A DNA stretch of 64,000 nucleotides from an uncultured Clostridium sp. (GCA_947073285.1 CAMTJT010000009.1:355-64354), one strand, 5' to 3'; positions 19,565 through 29,852 are shown, counted from the stretch's first letter. A program made the numbers and translations. The notes: generated by a model from the sequence alone, not told the origin.

Positions 19565-20377
19565 ATGCCCCGTATGAAAAGGCAAAAATCAAATACAAAT
19601 GTATATCATATTATATTACGTGGAATTAATCAGCAGGAAATTTTTTATGATAATATTGATAGAAGAAAATTTTTAAAAGTATTAAAAGAAACGAAGGAAA
19701 AATATCAATATAATTTGTATGCCTATGTTCTAATGAATAATCATATTCATTTATTAATAATGGATAAAGAAAACAATTTGTCAAAAATAATGCAGTCTTT
19801 AGCAACCAGTTATGCATTATACTTTAATAAAAAATACGAAAGAATAGGGCATGTATTTCATAATCGATTTAAAAGTAAAAATGTAAATACATTATCATAT
19901 TTTATAAATTTGATAAGATATATTCATTTTAATCCTGTAAAGGCAGGATTATGTGAATATTCTAAATATGATTGGAGCAGTTATCAAGAATATTTCAAAA
20001 TAAAAAGACTAGTAGATTCAGAAAAAGTATTAAAAATGGCAGAAATGAATAAACAAGATTTTAGAAATTTCCATGAGGAATACAAAAAGACGAAAGGATT
20101 TATTCTAGAAGACTTCGAAATGGAGAAAAAATGTATAGATGATGAAACAGCAATTAAAATGATAAAGCTAAAGTTCAACATAGATAATTTAGTTGCAATT
20201 CAAAATTTAAAGGTTCAAGAAAGAGATGAAATAATTGCGAAAATAGCAGAGATAGAAGAAATAGAAAGAACTCAACTTGCAAGGATACTAGGTATTAATA
20301 AGAGAATGTTGTATAGGGCAATTAAGAAAAAAAGTGTCACAAATGAGTACGTCCCCAAAGTGACAAAAGGAGAATAA
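19565..20377 (+). CDS. IS200/IS605-like HUH Y1 transposase of the REP-associated (RAYT) type, with a C-terminal HTH
   Basis: HUH motif NNHIHLLI, catalytic Tyr motif RYIHFNPVKAG, C-terminal HTH (TQLARILGINKRMLYRAIKK). The 3' end reads through a REP unit. Confidence 0.8.
   Translation: MPRMKRQKSNTNVYHIILRGINQQEIFYDNIDRRKFLKVLKETKEKYQYNLYAYVLMNNHIHLLIMDKENNLSKIMQSLATSYALYFNKKYERIGHVFHNRFKSKNVNTLSYFINLIRYIHFNPVKAGLCEYSKYDWSSYQEYFKIKRLVDSEKVLKMAEMNKQDFRNFHEEYKKTKGFILEDFEMEKKCIDDETAIKMIKLKFNIDNLVAIQNLKVQERDEIIAKIAEIEEIERTQLARILGINKRMLYRAIKKKSVTNEYVPKVTKGE
20335..20365 (-). repeat. REP-like unit in inverted orientation
   Basis: tgtcacaaatgagtacgtccccaaagtgaca, the reverse complement of the unit consensus. 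Confidence 0.85.
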
Positions 20378-20381
20378 ATAA

Positions 20382-21741
20382 ATGGCAAAAACAAAGACAG
20401 TATTTGTATGTAATAGTTGTGGATATGAGGCAACAAAATGGTTAGGAAAATGTCCAGGATGTAATGAATGGAATAGTTTTTATGAAGAAAAAGTAGCAAG
20501 TGGGGTGGCTAGTAAAACAAAAGAAAAAAAGACAATGACACCAAGGCTTTTAAATGAAGTAGAAGGAAAAGATGCAGTAAGAACGCATACTGGAATTGGA
20601 GAATTAGATAGAGTATTAGGTGGAGGATTGGTAAAAGGTTCTTTGGTTTTAGTAGGTGGAGAGCCAGGAATAGGTAAGTCTACTTTGATTTTGCAACTTT
20701 GTGATAAAATGCAAGGAGAAGGCAAAGTGCTATATGTATCAGGAGAAGAATCAGCAGAGCAAATTAAAATAAGGGCAGATAGACTTCGGAATTCACAATG
20801 AAAATATTTTATTTCTAGGAGAGACAGATATTGAATTAATAGAAAATAATATTTTAGAGTTAAATCCTAAATTAGTGATTATAGATTCTATCCAAACAAT
20901 GTATTCAGATGAAATTTCATCTGCAGCAGGTACAGTGAGTCAAGTTCGAGAAATAACAGCACGTATTATGCGTGTATGTAAAAGTAATGAGATTACTACC
21001 ATTATTATAGGGCATGTTACAAAAGAAGGAAATATCGCAGGACCAAGGGTTTTAGAGCATATGGTAGATACTGTACTTTATCTAGAAGGAGAGAGATATT
21101 TTTCTTACCGAATTTTAAGAGGTGTTAAAAACCGTTTTGGTTCTACCAATGAGGTTGGTATGTTTGAAATGCAAAGTGAGGGAATGGTAGAAATAACAAA
21201 TCCATCTTCTGTACTTATTTCAGAAAGAGAAGATAACCCATCTGGCTCTGTAATTGTGGCAAGTATGGAAGGAACAAGACCATTGTTAATTGAACTGCAA
21301 GCTTTAACTACTCCTACTGTTTTTGGACTTCCTCGCCGAACAGCGAATGGTTTAGATTATAACAGACTTACTTTATTAGTAGCTGTACTTGAAAAGAGAG
21401 CAGGTTTAGCATTAGGCTCACAAGATATTTATCTAAATGTAGTAAGTGGTATTAAAATTAATGAACCATCAGTAGATTTAGGAATGGTGCTAGTATGTGC
21501 TTCTAGCTTTAAAAATGTTGCAGTTGATAAAACTACTGTTATTATGGGAGAAGTAGGCTTGACAGGTGAGGTAAGAGCTGTTAATTTGATAGATAAAAGA
21601 CTAAAAGAAGCGGAAAAGCTAGGATTTAAAACTTGTATTATACCAGAAAGTAATAAAAAACTATTGAAAGAAAAGTATAAATTAGATATAATAGGGGTTA
21701 GAAATGTGAATGAAGCAATGAAAGCAGTAGGATTAAAATAA
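20382..21741 (+). CDS. radA: DNA repair protein RadA/Sms, continuous only with a +1 shift at CGG 20787-20789
   Basis: Zn finger CNSCGYEATKWLGKCPGCNEWNS, Walker A GGEPGIGKST, ...EQIKIRADRL then CGG. The +1 frame continues GIHNENILFLGETDIE...IIDSIQTMY...KNRFG and the Lon-like C-terminal domain. Confidence 0.9.
20787..20790 (+). other. In-frame CGG at a +1 frame change (CUU CGG A -> CUU c GGA)
   Basis: The junction restores the conserved RADRLGI. The zero frame stops 4 codons later. Confidence 0.9.
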
Positions 21742-21743
21742 TT

Positions 21744-21809
21744 TGTCACTTTGGGGACGTACTTATTTGTGACAAAAGTGTCACAAATAAGTACGTCCCC
21801 AAAGTGACA
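21744..21809. repeat. Perfect palindrome made of two inverted REP-like units (31-bp arms, 4-nt spacer) between radA and disA
   Basis: Unit 21744-21774 and its exact reverse complement at 21779-21809. Confidence 0.9.
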
Positions 21810-21824
21810 AACAAGGAGGCTAAA

Positions 21825-22904
21825 ATGATAGCGAGAAAAGAAGATGCTGTAATTACAGAAGTACTAAAGCTAATAGCACCAGGTACACCCATTCGTGATG
21901 GTTTGGAAAATATATTGAAAGCTAAAACTGGTGCTTTGATTGTAATAGGAGATAATAAAGAGGTACTAGATTTAGTAGATGGCGGTTTTAGCCTTGATAT
22001 TGATTATACTTCTTCAAGGTTATATGAACTTGCTAAAATGGATGGAGCTATTGTAATTAGTAATGACTTAAAGAAAATATTATATGCCAATACACAATTA
22101 ATTCCTTCTTCTAATATTAATACAACAGAAACTGGTACAAGGCATCGTACAGCAGAGCGTACGGCAAAGCAAACTGGTAGTTTGGTCATTAGTATTTCCC
22201 AAAGAAGAAGCATTATTACTGTTTTTAAGGGAAATAGCCGTTATGTATTAGAAGATACCTCAAAGGTAATTTCCAAAGCAAATCAAGCTTTGCAAACAGT
22301 TGAAAAATACAAAAAAGTATTTGATAATAAGTTAAGTTTACTAAATGAATATGAATTTAATGATATTGTTACCTTAGAAAATGTAGTACATGTTATTCAA
22401 CGTGCTGAAATGGTAATGAAGGTGGTAGAAGAAGTAAATAGATCAATTTTTGAGTTAGGTGAAGAAGGCAGACTTTTAGAGATGCAATTAGAAGAGTTAA
22501 TAGGCGATTTAGAAAAAGAGGAACTTTTAATTATTAAAGACTATATTGCACCAAGCAGAAGAAAAGCAGCAGAAAAAGTATTATTAGAAATTCAAAGTTT
22601 AGAACATGAAGACTTAATTGTAATGGAGAAAATAGCAAAATTATTAGGATATGAAAATTTTGATAATTATGATGAAGTTGGTGTTTATACAAGAGGGTAT
22701 AGAGTACTTAGTAAAGTGCCAAGAATGCCAAGTAATATTGTAGAAAATTTAGTAAAATCTTTTAAATCTTTCCAACATATTTTAGCAGCAGATATGCAGC
22801 AATTAGATGATGTAGACGGAATTGGAGAGGTAAGAGCACGTACAATTAAGCAAGCTTTAAAACGTATGCAGGAACAATTTGTATTTGACAATTTTATTTT
22901 GTAA
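21825..22904 (+). CDS. disA: DNA integrity scanning protein DisA (diadenylate cyclase)
   Basis: IAPGTPIRDGLENIL, DGAIVIS, GTRHRTAERTAKQT, C-terminal HhH. Start set to ATG 21825 after aaggagg. The track start GTG 21804 lies inside the repeat. Confidence 0.92.
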   Translation: MIARKEDAVITEVLKLIAPGTPIRDGLENILKAKTGALIVIGDNKEVLDLVDGGFSLDIDYTSSRLYELAKMDGAIVISNDLKKILYANTQLIPSSNINTTETGTRHRTAERTAKQTGSLVISISQRRSIITVFKGNSRYVLEDTSKVISKANQALQTVEKYKKVFDNKLSLLNEYEFNDIVTLENVVHVIQRAEMVMKVVEEVNRSIFELGEEGRLLEMQLEELIGDLEKEELLIIKDYIAPSRRKAAEKVLLEIQSLEHEDLIVMEKIAKLLGYENFDNYDEVGVYTRGYRVLSKVPRMPSNIVENLVKSFKSFQHILAADMQQLDDVDGIGEVRARTIKQALKRMQEQFVFDNFIL

Positions 22905-23089
22905 TTATATAATAAAATTGTTAGGTAATTAAAAAGTGAATACAAAAAAATAAGTGGTTGGCTAAAAGTCTAAAAGTAAGAATTTTATAAGGTCAAAAGT
23001 ATTTTATAAAGATTATTTAAAGTGAAAAATTGGTTTATAGGTAGAACCTAGTAAAAAACCTAAATATATTACAAAGGAACGATAAAAAC

Positions 23090-23899
23090 ATGAAAATATT
23101 TCAAAAAATATTATTAATAATAGGAATTCTTTTAGTGATTGCAGGAATTGCATTTGTAAGTTATGGATTTTATAAAAAAATGAATACAAATATACCAAAT
23201 CCAATAGCTACTATGGAAATAGAAGATTATGGAACCGTTAAAATTGAGCTTTACCCAGACAAAGCACCAAATACAGTTGCAAATTTTATTTGTTTAGCAA
23301 ATCGTGGTTTCTACAATGGGCTTACTTTCCATAGAACTATTCCAGATTTTATGATTCAAGGTGGAGATAGAAATGGTAATGGTTCAGGTTCACCAAAATT
23401 AAGTGACATTCAAGATAATGTAGAAACAGATAAAGATTATTGTATAGAGGGCGAATTTATTGCAAATGGCTATAGCAAAAATACTTTAAAACATAAAAAA
23501 GGTGTTATTTCTATGGCAAGAAGTGACTATAGTTCAGCAAGCCCAGCTTTAACTACTTATGGTTATAATTCAGCAGGTTCTCAATTTTTTATTATGACAG
23601 AAGATAATACATCATTAGATGGTGTTTATGCACCTTTTGGACAAGTTATTGAAGGTATGGAAGTTGTAGAAAAAATTGAAAATGTAGAAGTACATTATAG
23701 AAGCTCTGAGCTAAAAGAAGGAGAAACAGCTCCAAAAGATGATGCAGGAAATGAAATTCCATCAGATAAACCAAAAACAAAGGTAGTTATTAAAAGTTTA
23801 ACAGTAGAAACATATGGTGTAGATTATGGAACACCAAAAACAATGGATGTATTTGATTACTATAGTTGGTTAATGCAACAATATAATTTTGGAGTATAA
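23090..23899 (+). CDS. Cyclophilin-type peptidyl-prolyl isomerase with an N-terminal membrane anchor
   Basis: FHRTIPDFMIQGGD, GSQFFIM. Confidence 0.9.
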   Translation: MKIFQKILLIIGILLVIAGIAFVSYGFYKKMNTNIPNPIATMEIEDYGTVKIELYPDKAPNTVANFICLANRGFYNGLTFHRTIPDFMIQGGDRNGNGSGSPKLSDIQDNVETDKDYCIEGEFIANGYSKNTLKHKKGVISMARSDYSSASPALTTYGYNSAGSQFFIMTEDNTSLDGVYAPFGQVIEGMEVVEKIENVEVHYRSSELKEGETAPKDDAGNEIPSDKPKTKVVIKSLTVETYGVDYGTPKTMDVFDYYSWLMQQYNFGV

Positions 23900-24006
23900 A
23901 TAAATTAAAAAGAAATATTTAAATAGGATAAAATGTTATCTTTAAATAAATAGTATTGTTGACCTTTTTAGATTAAACGAGGATAACAGAAAGGGATGAT
24001 AAAACA

Positions 24007-24132
24007 ATGGCAAATAACAAAAGAGATATGAAAAAAATAGCAACTAAAATTATGGCAATTATATTAGTAAGCATGATGTTATTATCAGTTGCCTTTACTC
24101 TAATTTATTATTTAGTATTTATGGGAAAATAG
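24007..24132 (+). CDS. Small single-TM protein, 41 aa
   Basis: ATG after aaaggga. Sequence MANNKRDMKKIATKIMAIILVSMMLLSVAFTLIYYLVFMGK. Coding status uncertain. Confidence 0.35.
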   Translation: MANNKRDMKKIATKIMAIILVSMMLLSVAFTLIYYLVFMGK

Positions 24133-24278
24133 AATATCTTTAGTCAAAAATTTAATAGATAGACTATTAGTTACTATAGCTACTTTGATTTATTACTTAG
24201 TAGTTAAGAAAAAATAGTATTAAACAAAAAACTTAATAGGTAGCGACGAATAACAAAAACAAAAGAGGTAATATAAGA

Positions 24279-25163
24279 ATGTTTAAAAATCTTACCCTAA
24301 GTTTTAATGGTATTGGGCAATCTTTTATGAGCTATATGCAAGAACTTGCCCAAAATCCGTTTAAGATGATAACTTTAATATTAGACGTTTTAATTGTAAT
24401 TTATATAATTTATAAGTTTATTATGTATGCCAAAAAATCTAGAGCGTGGCAGTTATTAAAAGGAATTATATTTATTTTAATTATCACAGCTATTAGTGAG
24501 GTATTACAATTAAAAATATTAAATTACATATTAACTGCATTTATGCCTTATGGTGTTATTGCATTAATTGTAATTTTTCAACCAGAATTACGTAGAATGT
24601 TAGAACAATTAGGAACTAGTAAACTAACAAAGTATTTTGGCTTAGATAAAGACTTAGAAACTAAAACAAAAGAAGATATTTATAAAGTAGTGATAGCAGC
24701 AACAGAGCTTGCTAAAACAAAAACAGGTGGATTAATTGTTTTAGAGCGAGATATTCAAATTAATGATATTATCGATACTGGTGTAAAAGTAGATGCAGAA
24801 GTATCTCCACAGTTGGTTGTAAATTTATTTACACCTAATACACCACTTCATGATGGAGCAGTTATTATTTCAAAAAATAAAATTATGGCAGCTGCTTGTA
24901 TTTTACCACTTGCCAATGATAAAGATATAGCAAAAGAAGTAGGTACAAGGCATCGTGCAGGGCTTGGTATTTCAAAAGAATCAGATGCTATTGCCATTAT
25001 TGTGTCAGAAGAAACTGGCAAAATTTCAATTGCAAAAGATGGTACTTTAATAGCTGATTTAAAAGAAGATACTTTGAAAACAATTTTAATAAAAAATATG
25101 ATTACTAAACGTTTTGGTAATGAAAAGAGAAAAAGCAAAGAAGAAAAAGTAAAAAAGAAATAA
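24279..25163 (+). CDS. cdaA: Membrane diadenylate cyclase CdaA
   Basis: Three N-terminal TM segments, then a DAC domain (LHDGAVII, GTRHRAGLGISKESDA). Confidence 0.9.
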   Translation: MFKNLTLSFNGIGQSFMSYMQELAQNPFKMITLILDVLIVIYIIYKFIMYAKKSRAWQLLKGIIFILIITAISEVLQLKILNYILTAFMPYGVIALIVIFQPELRRMLEQLGTSKLTKYFGLDKDLETKTKEDIYKVVIAATELAKTKTGGLIVLERDIQINDIIDTGVKVDAEVSPQLVVNLFTPNTPLHDGAVIISKNKIMAAACILPLANDKDIAKEVGTRHRAGLGISKESDAIAIIVSEETGKISIAKDGTLIADLKEDTLKTILIKNMITKRFGNEKRKSKEEKVKKK

Positions 25164-25267
25164 AAGTCAAAATAGCTTTAATTCGTAATTTTCAGTAAAA
25201 ATAAGAAACTGTTTAAAATTACAAGTCAAAGCTATTTTTTGTTTTAGAGAAATATATACAATTACTA

Positions 25268-26179
25268 TTAATTCATAAAATGATAAATAGCTTCTGCAAA
25301 TCCACCATCACTTGCAGAATTTTTTGTTGTATAAGTAGCAACCTGCTTAACTGGTTCATAAGCATTGGCAACAGCAATACCTATACCAGAATTTTTTAAT
25401 AAATCAATATCGTTTAAATTATCTCCAACTGATAAAATATCAGAGGTATTTACTTGTAAATACTCTTTTAAGATATTTAGAGCATAGCCTTTTCCAATAC
25501 TTTTAGGTGCAATAGATAAATAGTCATATTCTTTATGAATAATGGTATCTTGAAAATTATTCTTTTTAGAAAAATATTGGATAGCAAAACCAGTTTCTGT
25601 TTCTAACTCTTTTTTTATAGTAAGTAAGTTTTCGGTTTCGCTAGATAAGACAATATTAAAAATAGAAAGTTGTTTTTCTTTAATATATTGTAGCAAATTT
25701 TTGACAATATAAAAAGTGAACCCATTTTCTTTTTTAGTAGTTAAACATAAATTAAAATCAGCATCATATTTTCCAAAAGTAGAGGCAGTAGAATGAAAAT
25801 AAGTCACATAGTTGTGCAAATCCAAAAATTTTAATTCTTCAGTAATAACAAAATTATCTCCGTAAGCATGAATATGTAAATTATATTTTGCAGCAATTTC
25901 ATAGCAAATAGCAAGTTCATCAATAGTAATACTATGATGAAAAATTTCTTTTTGTTTTTTTAAATCTACAATTTGAGTGCCATTGCCAAAAATGCCATAT
26001 TGAGCATCTAGATTATTACAAATTTCTTTAGAAATGGCGTAACTTTTTCCTGTACAAATAGCAAAGGGAATGTTTTTTTCTCTAATGGTTTCCATTGCTT
26101 TTAAATTACTTTCAGGAATGGAATTATCTTGCGCAAGAAAAGTGCCGTCTAAGTCACTAGCAATTAATTTAATAGACAT
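25268..26179 (-). CDS. Cof-type HAD-IIB phosphatase
   Basis: LIASDLDGTFL at the N-terminus and GDNLNDIDLL near the C-terminus. Confidence 0.85.
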   Translation of the reverse strand: MSIKLIASDLDGTFLAQDNSIPESNLKAMETIREKNIPFAICTGKSYAISKEICNNLDAQYGIFGNGTQIVDLKKQKEIFHHSITIDELAICYEIAAKYNLHIHAYGDNFVITEELKFLDLHNYVTYFHSTASTFGKYDADFNLCLTTKKENGFTFYIVKNLLQYIKEKQLSIFNIVLSSETENLLTIKKELETETGFAIQYFSKKNNFQDTIIHKEYDYLSIAPKSIGKGYALNILKEYLQVNTSDILSVGDNLNDIDLLKNSGIGIAVANAYEPVKQVATYTTKNSASDGGFAEAIYHFMN

Positions 26180-26549
26180 TTTTATTACCTTTCATTTTAA
26201 ATGTATATTTCATTATTATGCCGAAAATAGAGCAAAAAGTCAAGTATATTTAACAGGCTGACCATGTATTTTAATAATACATTTAACTTTTCGCTTGACA
26301 ATATATTTTAATAATTATTCATAGATTATATTTCTATGTGCAATTAATAGCTAAACATATGATATTCAAATAGAGAAACAAGCCAAAATGAAAGATTTTG
26401 TACATAATAGTGCTAATGAAAAAAAAGATTTACAAAAATTTCCATATACAAAGTAAGTAAAATTAATAAAAAATTCTTTACAAAAGTAGAATTTTTAATA
26501 TAGACATGATAAAATATAAAAAGATTGATTAAAAACAAAGGAGAAATGT

Positions 26550-27284
26550 ATGAGAAATATTAAATTAACAATTGAATATGATGGAACTCAGTTTGGTGGT
26601 TGGCAAAAACAACCAAATCACTTAAATATACAAGGAGAAATTGAAAAAGCCATACAAACAGTTACAGGAAAAGAAGTAGAATTAATTGGTTCTGGCAGAA
26701 CAGATGCAGGAGTACATGCTTTTGCACAAATAGCTAATTTTAAAATAGATACAGATTTTCCGCTGGAAAAGATGGCAATTGCCTTTAATTCACAACTAAA
26801 AAAGTCAATTCGTATTAAAAAAGTAGAAGAGGTAGAAGAAGACTTTCACAGTAGATATCATTGTCATAAAAAAACATATGGCTATATAATAGACAATTCA
26901 GAACAAGGTACAGCTGTTTACCGAAATATGACATATCATGTACCACAATTATTAGATATAGAGGCAATGCAAAAAGCAGCAAACTATTTAATAGGAGAAC
27001 ATGACTTTAGCAGTTTTAAATCGAGCGGAACAAGTAGTAAAAGTAGTGTTAGAACACTTTACAATGCACAAGTGCTAAAAGAGCAAGAAAGAGTGGTAAT
27101 ACAGTTAACAGGCAATGGATTTTTATATAATATGGTACGCATTATTTCAGGTACATTAGTAGAAATAGGAAAAGGAGAAAAAAAGCCAGAAGAAATGAAA
27201 CTAATTTTAGAAGCAAAAGATAGAAGTTTGGCAGGAAAAACACTTCCACCACAAGGATTATTTTTAATGAATGTTGAGTATTAA
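26550..27284 (+). CDS. truA: tRNA pseudouridine(38-40) synthase TruA
   Basis: YDGTQFGGWQKQ, GSGRTDAGVHA, FLYNMVRII. Confidence 0.93.
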   Translation: MRNIKLTIEYDGTQFGGWQKQPNHLNIQGEIEKAIQTVTGKEVELIGSGRTDAGVHAFAQIANFKIDTDFPLEKMAIAFNSQLKKSIRIKKVEEVEEDFHSRYHCHKKTYGYIIDNSEQGTAVYRNMTYHVPQLLDIEAMQKAANYLIGEHDFSSFKSSGTSSKSSVRTLYNAQVLKEQERVVIQLTGNGFLYNMVRIISGTLVEIGKGEKKPEEMKLILEAKDRSLAGKTLPPQGLFLMNVEY

Positions 27285-27465
27285 ATAGAAAATAGGAAAT
27301 AGAGAGGGGTCTCTTTTCCTATTTTTGTTTTGTAAAAAGAAAGAGCGATCCTTATTTCCTAGTGTGTAACACTTTAAAAAGAGAATGCATAAAATATACA
27401 AAAAACGATAAAAGAAAGGAGCGTATGCTGTATTTAATTTACTAAATATATCATACAACAAAACG

Positions 27466-27900
27466 ATGAATAATTTATTAATATTTTTTGCTCTTCCTGT
27501 CGCAACTGTTATTTTAAGCATAGTATTTCAAAAAATCTTAAAAAATCCTCTATTAGTAGCAGCTACCTTTTTCGCCATTTACTTAATTGTAACTTTTGCA
27601 GCTTTTGATGCTAGCTTTTTAGTATATGCTATTTTATATACTATTTTAGCATATGTAACAGCGGTACTTACAAAAGTAATTTGCAAATTAATAAACATAT
27701 TTTTAAATCAAAATGGAAATTGCTCTCAAAGAACAAATTGTGGAATAGCTAGAATATCAGAAAGACCAATTACAATTAACAATACTAGTCCATGTACTAG
27801 TATTAATCTAGCAAATGAGGCTAATTTATTAGCTAGTTCAAATAACACTCAGGCACATAAAAATAATTGTTGTAATTGCTGTAATTGTTGTAGAAGATAA
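27466..27900 (+). CDS. Membrane protein with a Cys-rich C-terminal tail (..NNCCNCCNCCRR)
   Basis: Three predicted TM segments followed by an Asn/Cys-rich tail. No family recognised. Confidence 0.5.
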   Translation: MNNLLIFFALPVATVILSIVFQKILKNPLLVAATFFAIYLIVTFAAFDASFLVYAILYTILAYVTAVLTKVICKLINIFLNQNGNCSQRTNCGIARISERPITINNTSPCTSINLANEANLLASSNNTQAHKNNCCNCCNCCRR

Positions 27901-28020
27901 AAAATCTAAGTAAATATGACATTTTGATGACAATTGTGTTACAAACTAAAACGAAAGCACAACTTCGCCACAAAATAAGTTCGAAAAGTGGCTTGGGAGT
28001 AAGAAAAAGAAGATGTAAAT

Positions 28021-28062
28021 ATAAAACCTTGCTTTGTAATAAAACAAAAGCAAGGTTTTATA
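28021..28062 (+). terminator. Hairpin taaaaccttgctttg/caaaagcaaggtttta in the intergenic region upstream of the prepilin-like gene
   Basis: 15-bp inverted repeat followed by a T-rich tail. Confidence 0.5.
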
Positions 28063-28228
28063 TTGTTTACTTTTAGGTAATAATATTTTATACTATACGT
28101 GTACAAGAAACTTTATATGAAATACATATCATAGTAACATTTTAAAACTAGAAAGAAGTAATGTATAAAATTGGAAAAATTGAGGCATAATACCAAAGTA
28201 AGTATTATAAAAGGAGACGAAGGAAAAA

Positions 28229-29852
28229 ATGGATACACAAAACTTAAAAAAAGAGAATTTAAATAAGCGGAATTACCTTAATTGCCTTAGTGGTAACCAT
28301 AGTGGTACTTTTGATATTGGCAGGAATCACCATTCAATTACTTATAAATGATGGAGGAATATTTAGCCAAGCACAAAATGCAAAGTTGAAAACAGAAGGT
28401 GCAAAAGCAAGAGAAAAGTTGGAAGTTATATTAGCGAGTGTTCAAATTGAAAAACAAACAAATCAAAAATATAACCAAGATGATTTTTTAGATATATATA
28501 TATTGGATAAACTTAGAGAGGCAGAAGTAGTAGACAATATTGTAATAGTAGATAATTATGCTTTTGAATTAGATAGAAGTGTACCAAAGATAGGAAAATA
28601 TCTAGGAAAAAAAGAGGAACTAATATTTCCAGAGGTAGAAATTAGCATACCAATATTAGCAGAAGATTCTAAAACTGCAACTTATATGATTACGGCGAAA
28701 GAAGAAAAAAATGGTATTAACAAAATAGAGATTATTCAAGATGGACATGTAATAAAGGAATATAATTATGAAAGTAGAAAAGATGAAATAGTTGAAGAAT
28801 ATGTAGCTGATAGGAATGGAAAATATATTGTAAGAGTATATGCAAAGGTATCTACTAAAAGGATAGTAACAGTTAATGGAATTATTATGTTGGTAGAATA
28901 TAGTCCAAACGGAAATAAAGAATATAAAAAGGAACATCAAGTAAGAGTAAATGTAAATGAAACAGATGATAAAGTAACAAGCATGAAATATCAGTGGTTA
29001 AACACAATAACACAACCAACCAAAGAAAGCTTTATACAATCCTGTAATAAAAATGAAATCCTTGTAGGAAAGGATTTTACAGGAGCATATTATTTATGGG
29101 TTTTATTAGAAACACAGAGTGGCAAGACAGAGATAATAAGAAGTGAAGCTTTTTATTTTGATAACGAAGAACCAATAGTTACCCTCACAATGATCCCCTT
29201 ATCTGAGAACTCATTTTCTTTAAAGGCAACTGGAGAAGATATCCAAACAGAAGTAGCAAAATACGAATTTTATATGGATGGAACAATGATAAATAGGGTA
29301 GAAACAAATGAAATGCAAGTAGATTATAATGTAAATGTACCAAATATGGGAGATTATAGTTGCTATGTAGTAGTGACAGATAAACTAGGGAATTCAAAAA
29401 AGGAAGAAATAATTGCCAAAACATATAGCCATATGTGGAATGAATTTATTGCAATAGAGGAAAATGAATATTATGAAGAAGAAGGACCAGTAGAGACGTG
29501 GGTTACTGATTTGGATTTAGGGTGGTATAAGCCAATTTTTAAATCAACATCTGAATTTTATATTGTGGATGATCGATATATTACTAATCCAGGACAGTGG
29601 GATGTTTCCTATCATGAGCGTTTAGTTTTAAAAGGAAATTCTCCATCACAACGACAAGCTATGAAAGTTTCAAGTTGGAATTTTAGGGAGATGACAGTTT
29701 GGGGAGTTGTATATACCATAAAAGAGAGAAAGAAATATTCTAATACAGAAGAACTTAATAAAGTAGTTACTTCTTATAAGCAAGATCAATATCCTAATGA
29801 AGGATATAAGGATGGATTCTATTATGAATATAAAGGAATTGGATTTCAATAA
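28229..29852 (+). CDS. Prepilin-type N-terminal domain protein with a large beta-rich extracellular region, continuous only with a +1 shift at CGG 28268-28270
   Basis: MDTQNLKKENLNK then CGG. The +1 frame continues GITLIALVVTIVVLLILAGITIQLLINDGG..., a class III signal-like G plus hydrophobic helix. Confidence 0.7.
28268..28271 (+). other. In-frame CGG at a +1 frame change (AAG CGG A -> AAG c GGA)
   Basis: ATG 28229 with RBS aaaggag is in frame 0. The pilin-like helix and the 520-aa body are in frame +1. Confidence 0.75.

Larger units (their letters stand above)
18928..20365 (+). mobile_element. RAYT-type unit: an HUH/Y1 transposase gene bracketed by inverted REP-like units
   Basis: Forward units lie on the left flank and a reverse-complement unit at 20335-20365 on the right. 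Confidence 0.65.

Noticed and set aside
20382-21741. Calling radA, rsmD, the beta-CASP hydrolase and the others simple pseudogenes
   Set aside because: Not adopted as the default. Each gene has a single identical type of lesion (an extra C creating CGG before a Gly codon) and is otherwise fully intact, which is unusual for decay. The pseudogene or artefact explanation is kept as the explicit alternative in the findings.
21804-21824. Track start of disA at GTG 21804, and similar upstream extensions of miaA (4584), ftsE (34989), the M23 peptidase (36600), the uracil permease (30399), the aminotransferase (55590), the acetyltransferase (57588) and ORF 13231
   Set aside because: The extensions run through repeats, terminators or upstream-gene ends and lack an RBS. 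Internal ATGs with canonical Shine-Dalgarno spacing match the N-termini expected for each family.
24279-25163. Presence of both disA and cdaA as a possible unusual c-di-AMP system
   Set aside because: Several Firmicutes, such as Bacillus and clostridia, carry both diadenylate cyclases. The absence of cdaR/glmM downstream is a minor variation, and nothing in the sequence points to novelty.
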